Below the pieces are notes generated by a model. It was not told the DNA's origin. It saw nothing but the letters and a program-made list of their open reading frames with translations, and did not search any database. Of a DNA stretch of 64,000 nt, positions 43,437 to 52,889 are shown in pieces. Source of the DNA: a virus (lineage: Duplodnaviria; Caudoviricetes); IMG/VR virus record IMGVR_UViG_3300005518_000004, positions 1,869 to 65,868 of that record. One strand, written 5' to 3'. Each line of letters starts with the position of its first letter. Position 1 is the first letter of the stretch. The translations under genes were made by a program, and so were the position numbers.

Positions 43437-44213
43437 ATGGCACAGACACCAGAGCAATTCTTTACCGAGTTATGCACCGAAGCCGGGTACTCGCCAGAAC
43501 AGACTGCCCAGCTATTGCAACTCGCCAAGCACGAGAAAGTAGCAACCAAACTAGGCGGCGTACTCAAGACCGCGCAAGACGATTATCAATCTCAGGTTGG
43601 ACGGCAGAAGGCAGCGGAAGATAAGTTGAAGTCCTATGAGCAGCAGGTGACGGACTGGTATGCCAAGTCCAATGCCGCCTACCAGCAGGCCCAAGCCGAA
43701 CGCGACGCCATGAACCAGCAGTTGTCAGCTCTCAAGCAGCAGTTAGGCGTCGATCCAGGCAACGGCTACCAGCCTCCTACCAACGGCGACACCTCCAAAT
43801 ACCTGACCAAGGAGGATCTGCTGGCGGCGATGAACGAGCAAAACACCCGATTCGCCGGCGTCATCAAGGACATCACCCGCGTAGCCAGCCGCCACGCCGC
43901 CAAGTTCGGCGAGGAGCTGGACACCGAAGCACTGGAGGAGACGCTCAAGCAACACCCTGGCCTCTCGGTCGCCCAGGCCTACGAGCAGATGGTGGGGCCG
44001 CGGCTGAGGGAGGAACAGGAGAAGAGGCACCAGAAAGAGAAAGAGGAGTATGCCGCCGAGAAGCTGCGGGATTACAAGAGCCAGCATCATCTGCCGGTTG
44101 ATCCCGTACCTGCCGAGACGGCGCCGATGTATCGCAATACAGACCCCAAGGACATGCCGAAAGATATTGATGCTGATTTGCTGGAGGCGTGGCATAGCGT
44201 GGGACGGAAGTGA
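43437..44213 (+). CDS. capsid scaffolding protein
   Basis: Helical, charged, upstream of capsid gene. Confidence 0.7.
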   Translation: MAQTPEQFFTELCTEAGYSPEQTAQLLQLAKHEKVATKLGGVLKTAQDDYQSQVGRQKAAEDKLKSYEQQVTDWYAKSNAAYQQAQAERDAMNQQLSALKQQLGVDPGNGYQPPTNGDTSKYLTKEDLLAAMNEQNTRFAGVIKDITRVASRHAAKFGEELDTEALEETLKQHPGLSVAQAYEQMVGPRLREEQEKRHQKEKEEYAAEKLRDYKSQHHLPVDPVPAETAPMYRNTDPKDMPKDIDADLLEAWHSVGRK

Positions 44214-44219
44214 CTCTTT

Positions 44220-44759
44220 ATGGCGCTGACTGAAGCGAAGCTGGAGTATCACCGGAAATACCGGGAAGCTCATCGCGATCAGTACAACGCCAGATTCAAG
44301 CGCTGGCATGAGGTCAATGGCAGGTCTCGATACTACGAGAATGTCGAACTGACGAGAGCCATAAAGAGAAAGTGTTATTACAAGTCGGTCGGTAATCTAC
44401 TGCAAGCTGAGAAAGAACAGGACGTGATCGACGCGCTCCGTGAAAAATTCCCTAGAAAGCCTGGTGGGCCGCCGACTAGGTTTTCAAAAGAGGAAATGGC
44501 AGTTCGTCGAAAGGCAACCGTTCGTAAGGCTAGGTATAAAGGCATCTCGGGCATCGCAGAGAATTGCTTGAATGAACCCAAGCATTGTGAGTTGTGTGGC
44601 AGTGGCAAGAAGATCAGCATGGATCACTGTCATGAGACTCGCAAATTTCGTGGCTGGCTTTGTGACGACTGTAATTTGGCTCTCGGGCGCGTGAAAGAAA
44701 ACATCGCCACTTTAGAAGCGATGATCGCGTACCTCAAAAAACATAAAGAAGGAGGTTAG
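44220..44759 (+). CDS. Endonuclease VII-family free-standing homing endonuclease
   Basis: CELCG...DHCHET.KFRGWLCDDCN.ALG; lower GC. Confidence 0.9.
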   Translation: MALTEAKLEYHRKYREAHRDQYNARFKRWHEVNGRSRYYENVELTRAIKRKCYYKSVGNLLQAEKEQDVIDALREKFPRKPGGPPTRFSKEEMAVRRKATVRKARYKGISGIAENCLNEPKHCELCGSGKKISMDHCHETRKFRGWLCDDCNLALGRVKENIATLEAMIAYLKKHKEGG

Positions 44760-44780
44760 ATTTTATAATCTAACTACAAC

Positions 44781-45887
44781 ATGCCAGATAACTTGGACCA
44801 AATCAATGTTAGTACGCGACGCTACATAAGAAGTAACCCCGCGCTAGTCGATAACATCTACAACCAGGACGCGCTCAATTATTTCCTCCGCAAGAATCTC
44901 AGGGAGGACTTCTCCGGCGGCTCGACGATCAACGAGAATTTCATCTACGCCTCGATGATCGGCGGCCCCTATTTGAAGGGGAAGAACTTCAACGTGGCCC
45001 AGCGCCAGACCGAGCAGCAGCTGCGGTTTGACGTGAAGTTTACCCAAGTCTCCGTCCCCCTCTACCAGGAAGACATCCAGGTGCTCAACAAGGGGGATCT
45101 GGCGGCGGTGAAGCTGCTGAGGGCGCGTATCGACGAGGGGTATATGTCGTTAGGCGCGTTTGTGTCTATCCTGACGTATCTCAACGGCATCAACGCCAAC
45201 TACACGGCCAATATCAACGGCCTCGCCGAGGCGCTGAACGACGGTACGACAGCCGGGTGGGACGGCAACACCTACACGACTTACGGCGGCCTGACCCGAG
45301 CTACTTATGCTCCGTCGCTCACTTCCGCCCCCACCGTCATCGCAGGCGCCATCGAGTACGACACCATCGACCGCCAGTACATGAACGCCTTCTACGGTAG
45401 CGGCAACTACGAGCCCAACCTGATGATTACCACCCCCATCGGGTTCAGCTACATCAAATCTAAGTTCCAGACCCAGCAGCGGTTCCAGGACACCAAGCTG
45501 GATGTGGGCGTGGGATTCCGCGGCATGAGCTTCAACGGCGCCACCCTGGTAGCCAGCCGTTATGCTCCCGGCAGCTACATGACAGGCCCCGCCGGCGCCG
45601 GCACCGCCGACCCAGTAGCGACCACGGTGCTGTCGGAAATGTCCAATGGAGCAGTGGTTGCCTACCCGGTGGGATCGCTAGGCAACTCAGGTGAGTCTCT
45701 GTTCATTTTGAACGCCCGTAAGCCGTTCCTGAACTACTACGTGTCGAACGACTCTACGTTCGGCGGCGGCTTCAGGGACTTCATTCCGTCGGCCAACAAC
45801 ACGATTCTGGTCGGTCAGGTATTGCTCGCCCACAACCTCACCCTCCACCCGCGCTACCACCGTTACCTCTACGGGTTCAGTTCATAG
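44781..45887 (+). CDS. major capsid protein
   Basis: 368 aa after scaffold; LVDNIY, GG..I, INGL, P.LMITT, GF.GMSFNG. Confidence 0.85.
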   Translation: MPDNLDQINVSTRRYIRSNPALVDNIYNQDALNYFLRKNLREDFSGGSTINENFIYASMIGGPYLKGKNFNVAQRQTEQQLRFDVKFTQVSVPLYQEDIQVLNKGDLAAVKLLRARIDEGYMSLGAFVSILTYLNGINANYTANINGLAEALNDGTTAGWDGNTYTTYGGLTRATYAPSLTSAPTVIAGAIEYDTIDRQYMNAFYGSGNYEPNLMITTPIGFSYIKSKFQTQQRFQDTKLDVGVGFRGMSFNGATLVASRYAPGSYMTGPAGAGTADPVATTVLSEMSNGAVVAYPVGSLGNSGESLFILNARKPFLNYYVSNDSTFGGGFRDFIPSANNTILVGQVLLAHNLTLHPRYHRYLYGFSS

Positions 45888-45914
45888 AGAAAGGATCTAT
45901 AGGAGACTACTACT

Positions 45915-46475
45915 ATGCCAAATGTGGTTCGCATCATTTCCCCTTTCATCGTGAACGGCAACCCGGACACCATGAATGTCCAGCTCACCCAGTCGCCCAC
46001 CGCTCCCGGCAGCTTCACGCCCTATGCTCCCGGCGACCTGGGAGCGAGCTTCGACCTGAACGACAAGACCTATGAGGTGGTGCTGCTGGACTCGGGCGCT
46101 ACCTCCGCTACTGGAGTTGGAGCGGTTACGGCTGGCCAGGTGGCGTTCTGGAAGTCCAAGACCCTGCGCGTCGTCACCAACAACTTCCAGCAATGCCTGA
46201 CGCCGACGGTCCCTGCCAACTCGGTAGCTGGCATCTTCCGCTCGGCCCTGACTCCCGGCACCTACGGGTCTCTCATCTGCGTGCTGACGCGGGGCGCAGC
46301 CATCACCGTGGCTGCTGGCACCACCGCTCTGGGATCTACGGTTATGGCGGGAGCAGTCGCTTCTACCGCTAACGTGATTACGGCTACTGGCGTCTTCACC
46401 CAGATCGGCATCGCCCGCACAGCCGACTCGGGGGGATTTGCTACCGTGGACGTAGACATCCCGAATCTGCCGTAA
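45915..46475 (+). CDS. capsid decoration/cement protein
   Basis: Follows the capsid gene; Ala/Thr/Gly-rich; SD AGGAG. Confidence 0.65.
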   Translation: MPNVVRIISPFIVNGNPDTMNVQLTQSPTAPGSFTPYAPGDLGASFDLNDKTYEVVLLDSGATSATGVGAVTAGQVAFWKSKTLRVVTNNFQQCLTPTVPANSVAGIFRSALTPGTYGSLICVLTRGAAITVAAGTTALGSTVMAGAVASTANVITATGVFTQIGIARTADSGGFATVDVDIPNLP

Positions 46476-46488
46476 AAGGAGGAGACTA

Positions 46489-46728
46489 ATGGCAGCCGTC
46501 ACCCAGTTATCGGCCCGCTTCAACGTGGTGGGCAACCGCCGCTCCCAGCTCTATCGCATCTCGGGAGGCACAGGCGACACGCTCACCACGGGCCTCAACT
46601 CGATCATCGAAGTCAACGTAGAACCCAATGCCACCAACTCGCCCACGGTGGCTAGCTCTGGCGGAGTCGTCACCTTCACCTCGGGAGGCGCTTACACCAA
46701 TGTGGGGGTCGAGGTAATCGGCAACTAA
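46489..46728 (+). CDS. small virion protein
   Basis: SD AGGAGG; beta-rich. Confidence 0.7.
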   Translation: MAAVTQLSARFNVVGNRRSQLYRISGGTGDTLTTGLNSIIEVNVEPNATNSPTVASSGGVVTFTSGGAYTNVGVEVIGN

Positions 46729-46738
46729 CGGTCACCGT

Positions 46739-47986
46739 GTGGACACCTTCTACACTCTCTGGAACCGGCTCCAGCTCCGCTCGCCCGCTATCGGCCCGGC
46801 GCTCGCCCAGGACTTCATCCGGGACGCGTTCAACCAGTTAGCCGAACGGCGCGAGTGGAGCTGGCTCCAGAGATCGTCTGCTTTCTTCCCCCCCACCTTC
46901 ACCCTCACCGGCACGGTAAGCGTAACCGGCGATTCCGTCTACGTGACTGGAGTAGCCACTACGTTCACGGCCCTGGCTATCGGCGCTCAAATACGGATTG
47001 GCGGCTTAGGCGGCTCCTCCTACCCGACTTATACCATCGCCCAAATCCCCTCCGACACGTTGCTGGTGATGGACAAGCCATGGGCCGGCCCATCGCTCTC
47101 TACCCAGCAATATCAGGTATTCCAGTGCTACTACCCGGTGCCTGCTGACTTCAACTACTTCTACTCCATCGTCAACACCACCTCCAACTACCGGCTGTGG
47201 CACAATCTCACCCAGGCGGAACTGGACTTGGCCGACCCCCAACGTGTCCAAACCGGCATCACCTTCGCGGCAGCCTTCTATGACTACACCACCAACTACA
47301 ACGGAAGCGTCTCCCCCATCCTCCAGGTTAGCGGCACCGGGCCTGCGCCCGTCTCGACCACGAGTCAGGGGTTTTCTTTCCCGGCAGACTCAGTCTACAC
47401 TGTCGAAATCACGACGGCAGGCGTCCCCTCGGGCGCTCTCGTCTTTGAGTGGAAGCAAGACTCGAACCCCTATAACACGGGGGTTGCGGTCGCCGACAAC
47501 AATCCGATAGACCTCTCCAACGGCATCCAGGTCTACTTCCCCCAAGACACCTATGTGCTAGGCGACGTGTTTATCATCCAGGCCTTCGCCGCCACCACAT
47601 CCGGCGTGCCCCGCTACGAACTGTGGCCGCGCCCCATCAATACCCCCTACGTCTACCCATACCTCTACATCGCCAAACTCCCCGATCTCTCCGACACACG
47701 GCCACAGTTGCCGGATCTGATCGCAAGGAGAGGGGACGTGCTGCTGGAGATGGCATTGGCGAATTGCGCCCGCTTCCCCGGCACCGACACTATGGCCAAC
47801 CCCTACTTCAACCTCAACGTCGCGGTGCAGCACGAGGCACGGGCGGAGCGCATGATATACGAGCTGGAGAAGAAGGATGACGACCTGGCCATCAAGGATC
47901 TGCGCTATCAGGCAGCGCCGTTCGCCCCAGCTCCATGGATGGACGGCAGCTGGCTACAGACCCACGCAATCTATAATAGTCCGTAG
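46739..47986 (+). CDS. head-tail adaptor-like protein with inserted beta domains
   Basis: FI.DA..QL...WSWL, Y..P.DF, ELWPRP. Confidence 0.7.
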   Translation: MDTFYTLWNRLQLRSPAIGPALAQDFIRDAFNQLAERREWSWLQRSSAFFPPTFTLTGTVSVTGDSVYVTGVATTFTALAIGAQIRIGGLGGSSYPTYTIAQIPSDTLLVMDKPWAGPSLSTQQYQVFQCYYPVPADFNYFYSIVNTTSNYRLWHNLTQAELDLADPQRVQTGITFAAAFYDYTTNYNGSVSPILQVSGTGPAPVSTTSQGFSFPADSVYTVEITTAGVPSGALVFEWKQDSNPYNTGVAVADNNPIDLSNGIQVYFPQDTYVLGDVFIIQAFAATTSGVPRYELWPRPINTPYVYPYLYIAKLPDLSDTRPQLPDLIARRGDVLLEMALANCARFPGTDTMANPYFNLNVAVQHEARAERMIYELEKKDDDLAIKDLRYQAAPFAPAPWMDGSWLQTHAIYNSP

Positions 47987-47989
47987 CCT

Positions 47990-48460
47990 ATGCGTGACCC
48001 CTACTTGAAGCTGTCCGACTCCACTCCCTCAGTCGGCACTACCCCCATCGCCCTCCCCCATGCCGCCACCTACTTCGACGGTAGTAGTGAGGCGCGTCTG
48101 CGGAATATAGAGCAGCTACTACAGCTACTGACGCCGCGTGTGAGCCAGTTGGAAGCCGTCACCCTCAAGCAATCAGCCGAGCTAGCGTCGGCGCTGAATC
48201 AAGTCTCTCTCGCCTACTCCATCGTCAGCGACCTCAGTTCCCGGCTGCTATTGGCGGAGCAGCGGATAGAGAAGTTTACCGAAGACACCCATTCCCAAGT
48301 ATCCATGCTGCTGCCATTGGTCCATCGCTTGGAGGATGCAATTGCCGCCGACCGCCGCCTCTACACCGCTCAGGCCCTCGACATAGCCTCCCGCGTGGAC
48401 AAACTAGAACTCACTCTCTGGCAGCGCATCCGTTACTGGCTCTCTAACTTATGGCCCTAG
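47990..48460 (+). CDS. coiled-coil protein
   Basis: Heptad repeats, LWQRI..W end. Confidence 0.65.
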   Translation: MRDPYLKLSDSTPSVGTTPIALPHAATYFDGSSEARLRNIEQLLQLLTPRVSQLEAVTLKQSAELASALNQVSLAYSIVSDLSSRLLLAEQRIEKFTEDTHSQVSMLLPLVHRLEDAIAADRRLYTAQALDIASRVDKLELTLWQRIRYWLSNLWP

Positions 48461-50082
48461 CCGCCACGACAATCTGGGAGGTTCAGACCGGTGGCTCGGA
48501 CGCCAACAACGGCGGCGCATTTGATCCGGGGCAAACGGCGGGCATGTTTACCGATGGTGCCGCCACCGTGGCTACCTCCGCTGCTCCTGTATTCACCTCG
48601 GCGTCCTACAACTTCGTGGCAGGCGACGTGTCGGCGTGGCTGTATATAGCGAGTGGCACCAACTGGATTGCAGGGTGGTATAAGATTGCCTCGGTCGCAG
48701 CCAACGCTGCCACCTTGACCGCAACTGCCGGCGCCGCTGTACTCTCTACCCGCACTCCCACCACAGCCACTGGATGCGCGACTACTGCCTCCCCTACTGG
48801 CGCTACATGGTCGATCGACTACTCCCAGCAAGCCGGAGCGGAGTTCACCTATACCGACATCACCTCTACCGGCGTCGGCCTGACCGCGACATCGGCTGCA
48901 CACCCGTTCGGCAAGCAGCAGGTGGGAAACTCGCTGGTCATCACGGGCGGCACCAACTTCCTTACTGGCCGCTACGTGCTGGCGTCGGTATCCGGCGTCA
49001 CCGGCACCTTCATCGGCCCTACTAATCTGCATAACGCTGCCGGCACCAACAACAACGGTGCGGGCGGCATGGGGGGAGCGCTCGTGACTCTAGGCACCCC
49101 CAATGGCATCATGGTGAGCGGTAACTGCTGCTACGTGGCGGCTGGTACCTACGTCATCACCGTAGGCATTACCCTCACCGCTGGTGCTACTAGCCTCAAC
49201 AAGCGCTGGTATGGCTATACCACGGTACGCGGCGATAGTGGGAAGGCCACTATCCAACTCTCCGGCTCGACGATCACGATGATCACGATGTCGAACGCCA
49301 ATACGACGTTCCAGAACTTTATCCTGGACGCCAACGCTCAAACTGCCTCGATCTGCCTAAGCATCAGCAGTTCCACTTCCTACGCGAATAACATCAAGTG
49401 CTCGAACTTCAGGGGCGCACAGGCAGTAGTAGTGACGGGCGGCGCGTCGGCATCTAATATCTGGGCTACTGGCGGCAGTTCAGCGGTTACGCAGGCGTTC
49501 ATTGTCAATTCAGCTAGCAGCGTGTTGCTTTACTGTATCGCCAACGGCAACGCTCACCGGGGGTTCACGGCGGGTGCGGCGTGTGCTTTCATCGGCTGCA
49601 TTGCGGCCAACAATTCAGGAGCCTCGACCGACGGCTTCGTGTCCGCTACTTCCAGCAATTTCCGCATGGTGAACTGCATCGCCTACGGCAACGCGCGGGA
49701 CGGCATCCGGGTGTCGGTGGGACTACTTGATGGGGCTACTCTCATCAACAACATCTCCTATCTCAACTCCGGTATTGACATCAACGAAACCGGCACGGCA
49801 GTGACGGATGGCCAACTCTACTTCGACTACAACGCCTACGCTACCAAAACCGGCGTCCCCTCCGGCGTCCATGACGTGGTGCTGACTGCCGATCCCTTCA
49901 TCAACGCCCCCTCCCTCAACTTTGCCCTCAACACCGTGGCGGGCGGCGGCGCGGCATTGCGGGGCGTCGGGTTTCCGGGTGTGTTTGTGGACGGTGGGTC
50001 TACCGGCTACGAAGACCTCTGCCTGATCCAGCATCATGATCCCTTCTTCCACACGGGCATGGCTGGAGGATTTCCGGCATGA
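48451..50082 (+). CDS. beta-helix (pectin-lyase-like) tailspike/fibre
   Basis: GSD.NNGG, YVAAGTY, repeated CIAxxN..GF, DP.F...NF.L. Confidence 0.7.
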   Translation: MALAATTIWEVQTGGSDANNGGAFDPGQTAGMFTDGAATVATSAAPVFTSASYNFVAGDVSAWLYIASGTNWIAGWYKIASVAANAATLTATAGAAVLSTRTPTTATGCATTASPTGATWSIDYSQQAGAEFTYTDITSTGVGLTATSAAHPFGKQQVGNSLVITGGTNFLTGRYVLASVSGVTGTFIGPTNLHNAAGTNNNGAGGMGGALVTLGTPNGIMVSGNCCYVAAGTYVITVGITLTAGATSLNKRWYGYTTVRGDSGKATIQLSGSTITMITMSNANTTFQNFILDANAQTASICLSISSSTSYANNIKCSNFRGAQAVVVTGGASASNIWATGGSSAVTQAFIVNSASSVLLYCIANGNAHRGFTAGAACAFIGCIAANNSGASTDGFVSATSSNFRMVNCIAYGNARDGIRVSVGLLDGATLINNISYLNSGIDINETGTAVTDGQLYFDYNAYATKTGVPSGVHDVVLTADPFINAPSLNFALNTVAGGGAALRGVGFPGVFVDGGSTGYEDLCLIQHHDPFFHTGMAGGFPA

Positions 50083-50840
50083 AGCTCGATATCCTCCAGG
50101 GCAAGACCTCCAAGCGCATCGTGGTGTTTATCCAGAGTTCCATCTCGACCAACGGAGCGGGGCTGACGGGGCTGGTGAATAATAGTGGCGGCCTTACTTG
50201 GTACTACTGGCGCGAGGACACTGGCAATGCGGCGGGCACCATAGTAAACATTGTCTCCGCCACGCGTGGCACCTTCACCTCCAGCGGCTTCATCGAGATA
50301 GACGCCACCAATCTCCCCGGCTTCTACGAGCTAGGCGTTCCCAATGCGGTGCTGGCGACGGGCGCAACGTGGGCCGTGATGATGCTACAGGGGGCGGCGA
50401 ATATGGTGCCATGTCCGGTCGAAATTCAGCTAACCGCCTACGACCCGTACAACGCTACGACTCTAGGGCTGACCAACTTGGACGCCACCATCAGCAGCCG
50501 CAGCACCTATGCCGGTGGTGCTGTGGCGTCGGTCACCGCCCCGGTAACCATAACGGCTGGCCAGTTGTTCATCAAAAAGAACACGGCGCTCGCCAACTTC
50601 GAGTTCCTGATGGTAAGCTCTACCGACCACATCACCCCCAAGACCGGCCTCACCATTACCGCCCAGCGCTCCATCGACGGCGGCGCCTTTGCAGCATGCG
50701 CCAACGCCGCTACAGAACTCAGCGCCGGCATCTACGTGATCAACCTCAACGCATCCGATCTCAATGGCTCCGTAATTACGTTCAAATTCTCGGGTACTGG
50801 GGCCGACACCCGCTACCTCACCATGGTGACTCAAACATGA
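50079..50840 (+). CDS. virion protein with two related beta domains
   Basis: G.TGL...E....PG.Y.L repeated as KTGL...ELSAGIY.I. Confidence 0.65.
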   Translation: MKLDILQGKTSKRIVVFIQSSISTNGAGLTGLVNNSGGLTWYYWREDTGNAAGTIVNIVSATRGTFTSSGFIEIDATNLPGFYELGVPNAVLATGATWAVMMLQGAANMVPCPVEIQLTAYDPYNATTLGLTNLDATISSRSTYAGGAVASVTAPVTITAGQLFIKKNTALANFEFLMVSSTDHITPKTGLTITAQRSIDGGAFAACANAATELSAGIYVINLNASDLNGSVITFKFSGTGADTRYLTMVTQT

Positions 50841-51010
50841 TCATCGACTGGAACTCGCAGGATATCGGCAATTACGCGCTAGGATGGTTGCTGGACTGGT
50901 CTACTGGCGCTTCCGTTACACCGTCTGGAGGAGCCGCCAACGACCAGCGCGTCTCGATCGGCACCATCTTCGGCCTCAAAACTCCCGAGCCTCGGATCGG
51001 AGGATTCTAG
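50837..51010 (+). CDS. 57-aa protein
   Basis: MIIDWNSQD..., ATGA-coupled. Confidence 0.6.
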   Translation: MIIDWNSQDIGNYALGWLLDWSTGASVTPSGGAANDQRVSIGTIFGLKTPEPRIGGF

Positions 51011-51307
51011 ATGCAGCGCCCGCTCGGCACTATCGTGGTACTCACCCCCGGCACCCCAGTGGCTATCAGCCCCACCCAGCTCAACTGCCAGTCGATCCTC
51101 ATCCAGGCCCTATTCACCAACACAGGCCGCATCTACATCAACTGCTACGGCCAGCGCGTGGCCACCCTCGCCGTCCCTACTGCCAACTCCATCCCCTCGT
51201 TCTCGGTCACGATCCCCGATGCGCCGGGGGGGTTGGATGCACTGGCCTATACGATTGATGCCCAAGTAGGGGGCGAAGGAGTTGACGTGAGCTATGCAAG
51301 ACCCTAG
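51011..51307 (+). CDS. small beta-rich virion-type protein
   Basis: ILIQAL.TNTG.IYI. Confidence 0.7.
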   Translation: MQRPLGTIVVLTPGTPVAISPTQLNCQSILIQALFTNTGRIYINCYGQRVATLAVPTANSIPSFSVTIPDAPGGLDALAYTIDAQVGGEGVDVSYARP

Positions 51308-51346
51308 GATGCTGGTAGACTAAGCGTGAAGGAGAACACCTGAATC

Positions 51347-51562
51347 ATGGCCAAATTGGATAGCCCCATGCAGGACGGCACCACGGTGGATCAGATTAAG
51401 ACTTCCATGAGTGATGCCAACGTGGGCAAAAAGAACGGCCCCGGCGTCCACTCATACAGCGGGACGTTCAACTCTGGCGGCTCGGGCGGATCGAACAAGA
51501 TCGTGGGGCCTGGGGTAGAAGGCCAGTACCCGATCAAATCGCCCAAGGAAACCAAGCTCTAA
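51347..51562 (+). CDS. hypothetical protein
   Basis: SD AAGGAG. Confidence 0.65.
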   Translation: MAKLDSPMQDGTTVDQIKTSMSDANVGKKNGPGVHSYSGTFNSGGSGGSNKIVGPGVEGQYPIKSPKETKL

Positions 51563-51572
51563 TCCTGCGTGA

Positions 51573-52889
51573 GTGCCCTATTCCCAGACCACGCTCGCCC
51601 AGTTCACCGCTGACATCAGTTCGGCGTTGCTGGACACTGCCAACGTTTACTGGACGGTGGATGAGATCGAGCGGGCGATCCGGGAGTCGCTGCTTGTATG
51701 GGGGGCGCTCACCAGCTACTGGAGAGAACGTGGCATCTTCAATACCTCGGCATCGACTGCGATATATGACTTGTCTGTGCTCCTGCCCACTCTGCGTTCC
51801 CGAGTCTACAGCTTCGATCAGCTGGCAAGAGAGATTCAATACCACTTTTATGAGCCAAGTACTGGAGTTCTGGGCACGGGGATGTCCACCCAGTTCACCA
51901 TTGGACAAATCATCTCCGCCCTCGGACGCGCCCGCAACCAGTTCATAATCGACGCCCGGCTACCGATAGCCGACTTAGAGATCTCTGGTATCTTCCCCAG
52001 CCCCCCCTCTGGTCGTACCCCGCTCCCCCAGCAGGTAGTTGCGTTGTCTCATCTGTGGTGGCAAGACGCCCCTAGTGGCATCTGGTACCCGTTACGCAAG
52101 ATCGACGCATGGGCCGAGGATAGCTACCTGCCGACTTGGCCTACTCAATCCGCCATCCCATTCGCCTACTCCACTGCCGAGATGCCCCCGCTCGAAGTCG
52201 GCTTCTACCCCATCCCCGGCAACTCCGGCGCGATCTCAGCCTTCGCCTTGGAATCCGAGGACTATACTGCTACCCCCATTGATGCCTTCACCAGCCTCCT
52301 CCTCCCTGACGAGTTTTCGGCGGCAGTCAAATATGGTGCGATGTATTCGGTGCTGAATAGCGACAATGAGGCGTTTGACGAGCTGCGATCCCAGTACGCT
52401 AAGCAGCGGTATACGTCGTTAACCGGGGCCGCCAACGCCCTGATGCGCTCCGTCATCCGCACCCAGATCGGCAGCGTCCCCATCCCGCTCGACACCGTGG
52501 CCAACCTAGACTCTGCCAGACCTCAATGGAGAAACATACTTGGGTATCCGAATTTTGCGGCCTGCGCCTACGACCTGCTGGTATTCGCCCCTACGCCTAA
52601 CGCCCAATACAGCGTGAGCTGCGACGTGGTGCGCTCTGCCCCGGTGCCGCTGACGACGAACACGCTGCTCCAAGTCGGCCCTGAGGAGCTGCCCTATCTG
52701 TTCGACTACTGCCGCCATATCCTGAGCTTCAAGCTGGGTGGGGCCGAGTTCACCGCCACCATGCCGCTCTATGACAACTTCCTGGCAGGCGCAAAACAAC
52801 GTAACTCTATCCTCACCGCCAAGTCCGAATACTTAACGCCGTTGTTCGGCCAGAGTAGAAAGGAAGCCGACCTTGCTGTCCCTGCGTAA
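51573..52889 (+). CDS. head-tail adaptor-like protein with repeated domains
   Basis: YWT..EI..AI; FYPIP and FAPTP repeats; LP.EF..AV.YG. Confidence 0.7.
   Translation: MPYSQTTLAQFTADISSALLDTANVYWTVDEIERAIRESLLVWGALTSYWRERGIFNTSASTAIYDLSVLLPTLRSRVYSFDQLAREIQYHFYEPSTGVLGTGMSTQFTIGQIISALGRARNQFIIDARLPIADLEISGIFPSPPSGRTPLPQQVVALSHLWWQDAPSGIWYPLRKIDAWAEDSYLPTWPTQSAIPFAYSTAEMPPLEVGFYPIPGNSGAISAFALESEDYTATPIDAFTSLLLPDEFSAAVKYGAMYSVLNSDNEAFDELRSQYAKQRYTSLTGAANALMRSVIRTQIGSVPIPLDTVANLDSARPQWRNILGYPNFAACAYDLLVFAPTPNAQYSVSCDVVRSAPVPLTTNTLLQVGPEELPYLFDYCRHILSFKLGGAEFTATMPLYDNFLAGAKQRNSILTAKSEYLTPLFGQSRKEADLAVPA

Noticed and set aside
50198-50836. 270-aa ORF 50198-51010 as another dual-coded gene
   Set aside because: The upstream part is Arg/His-rich shadow translation; only 50837-51010 looks like a real gene.
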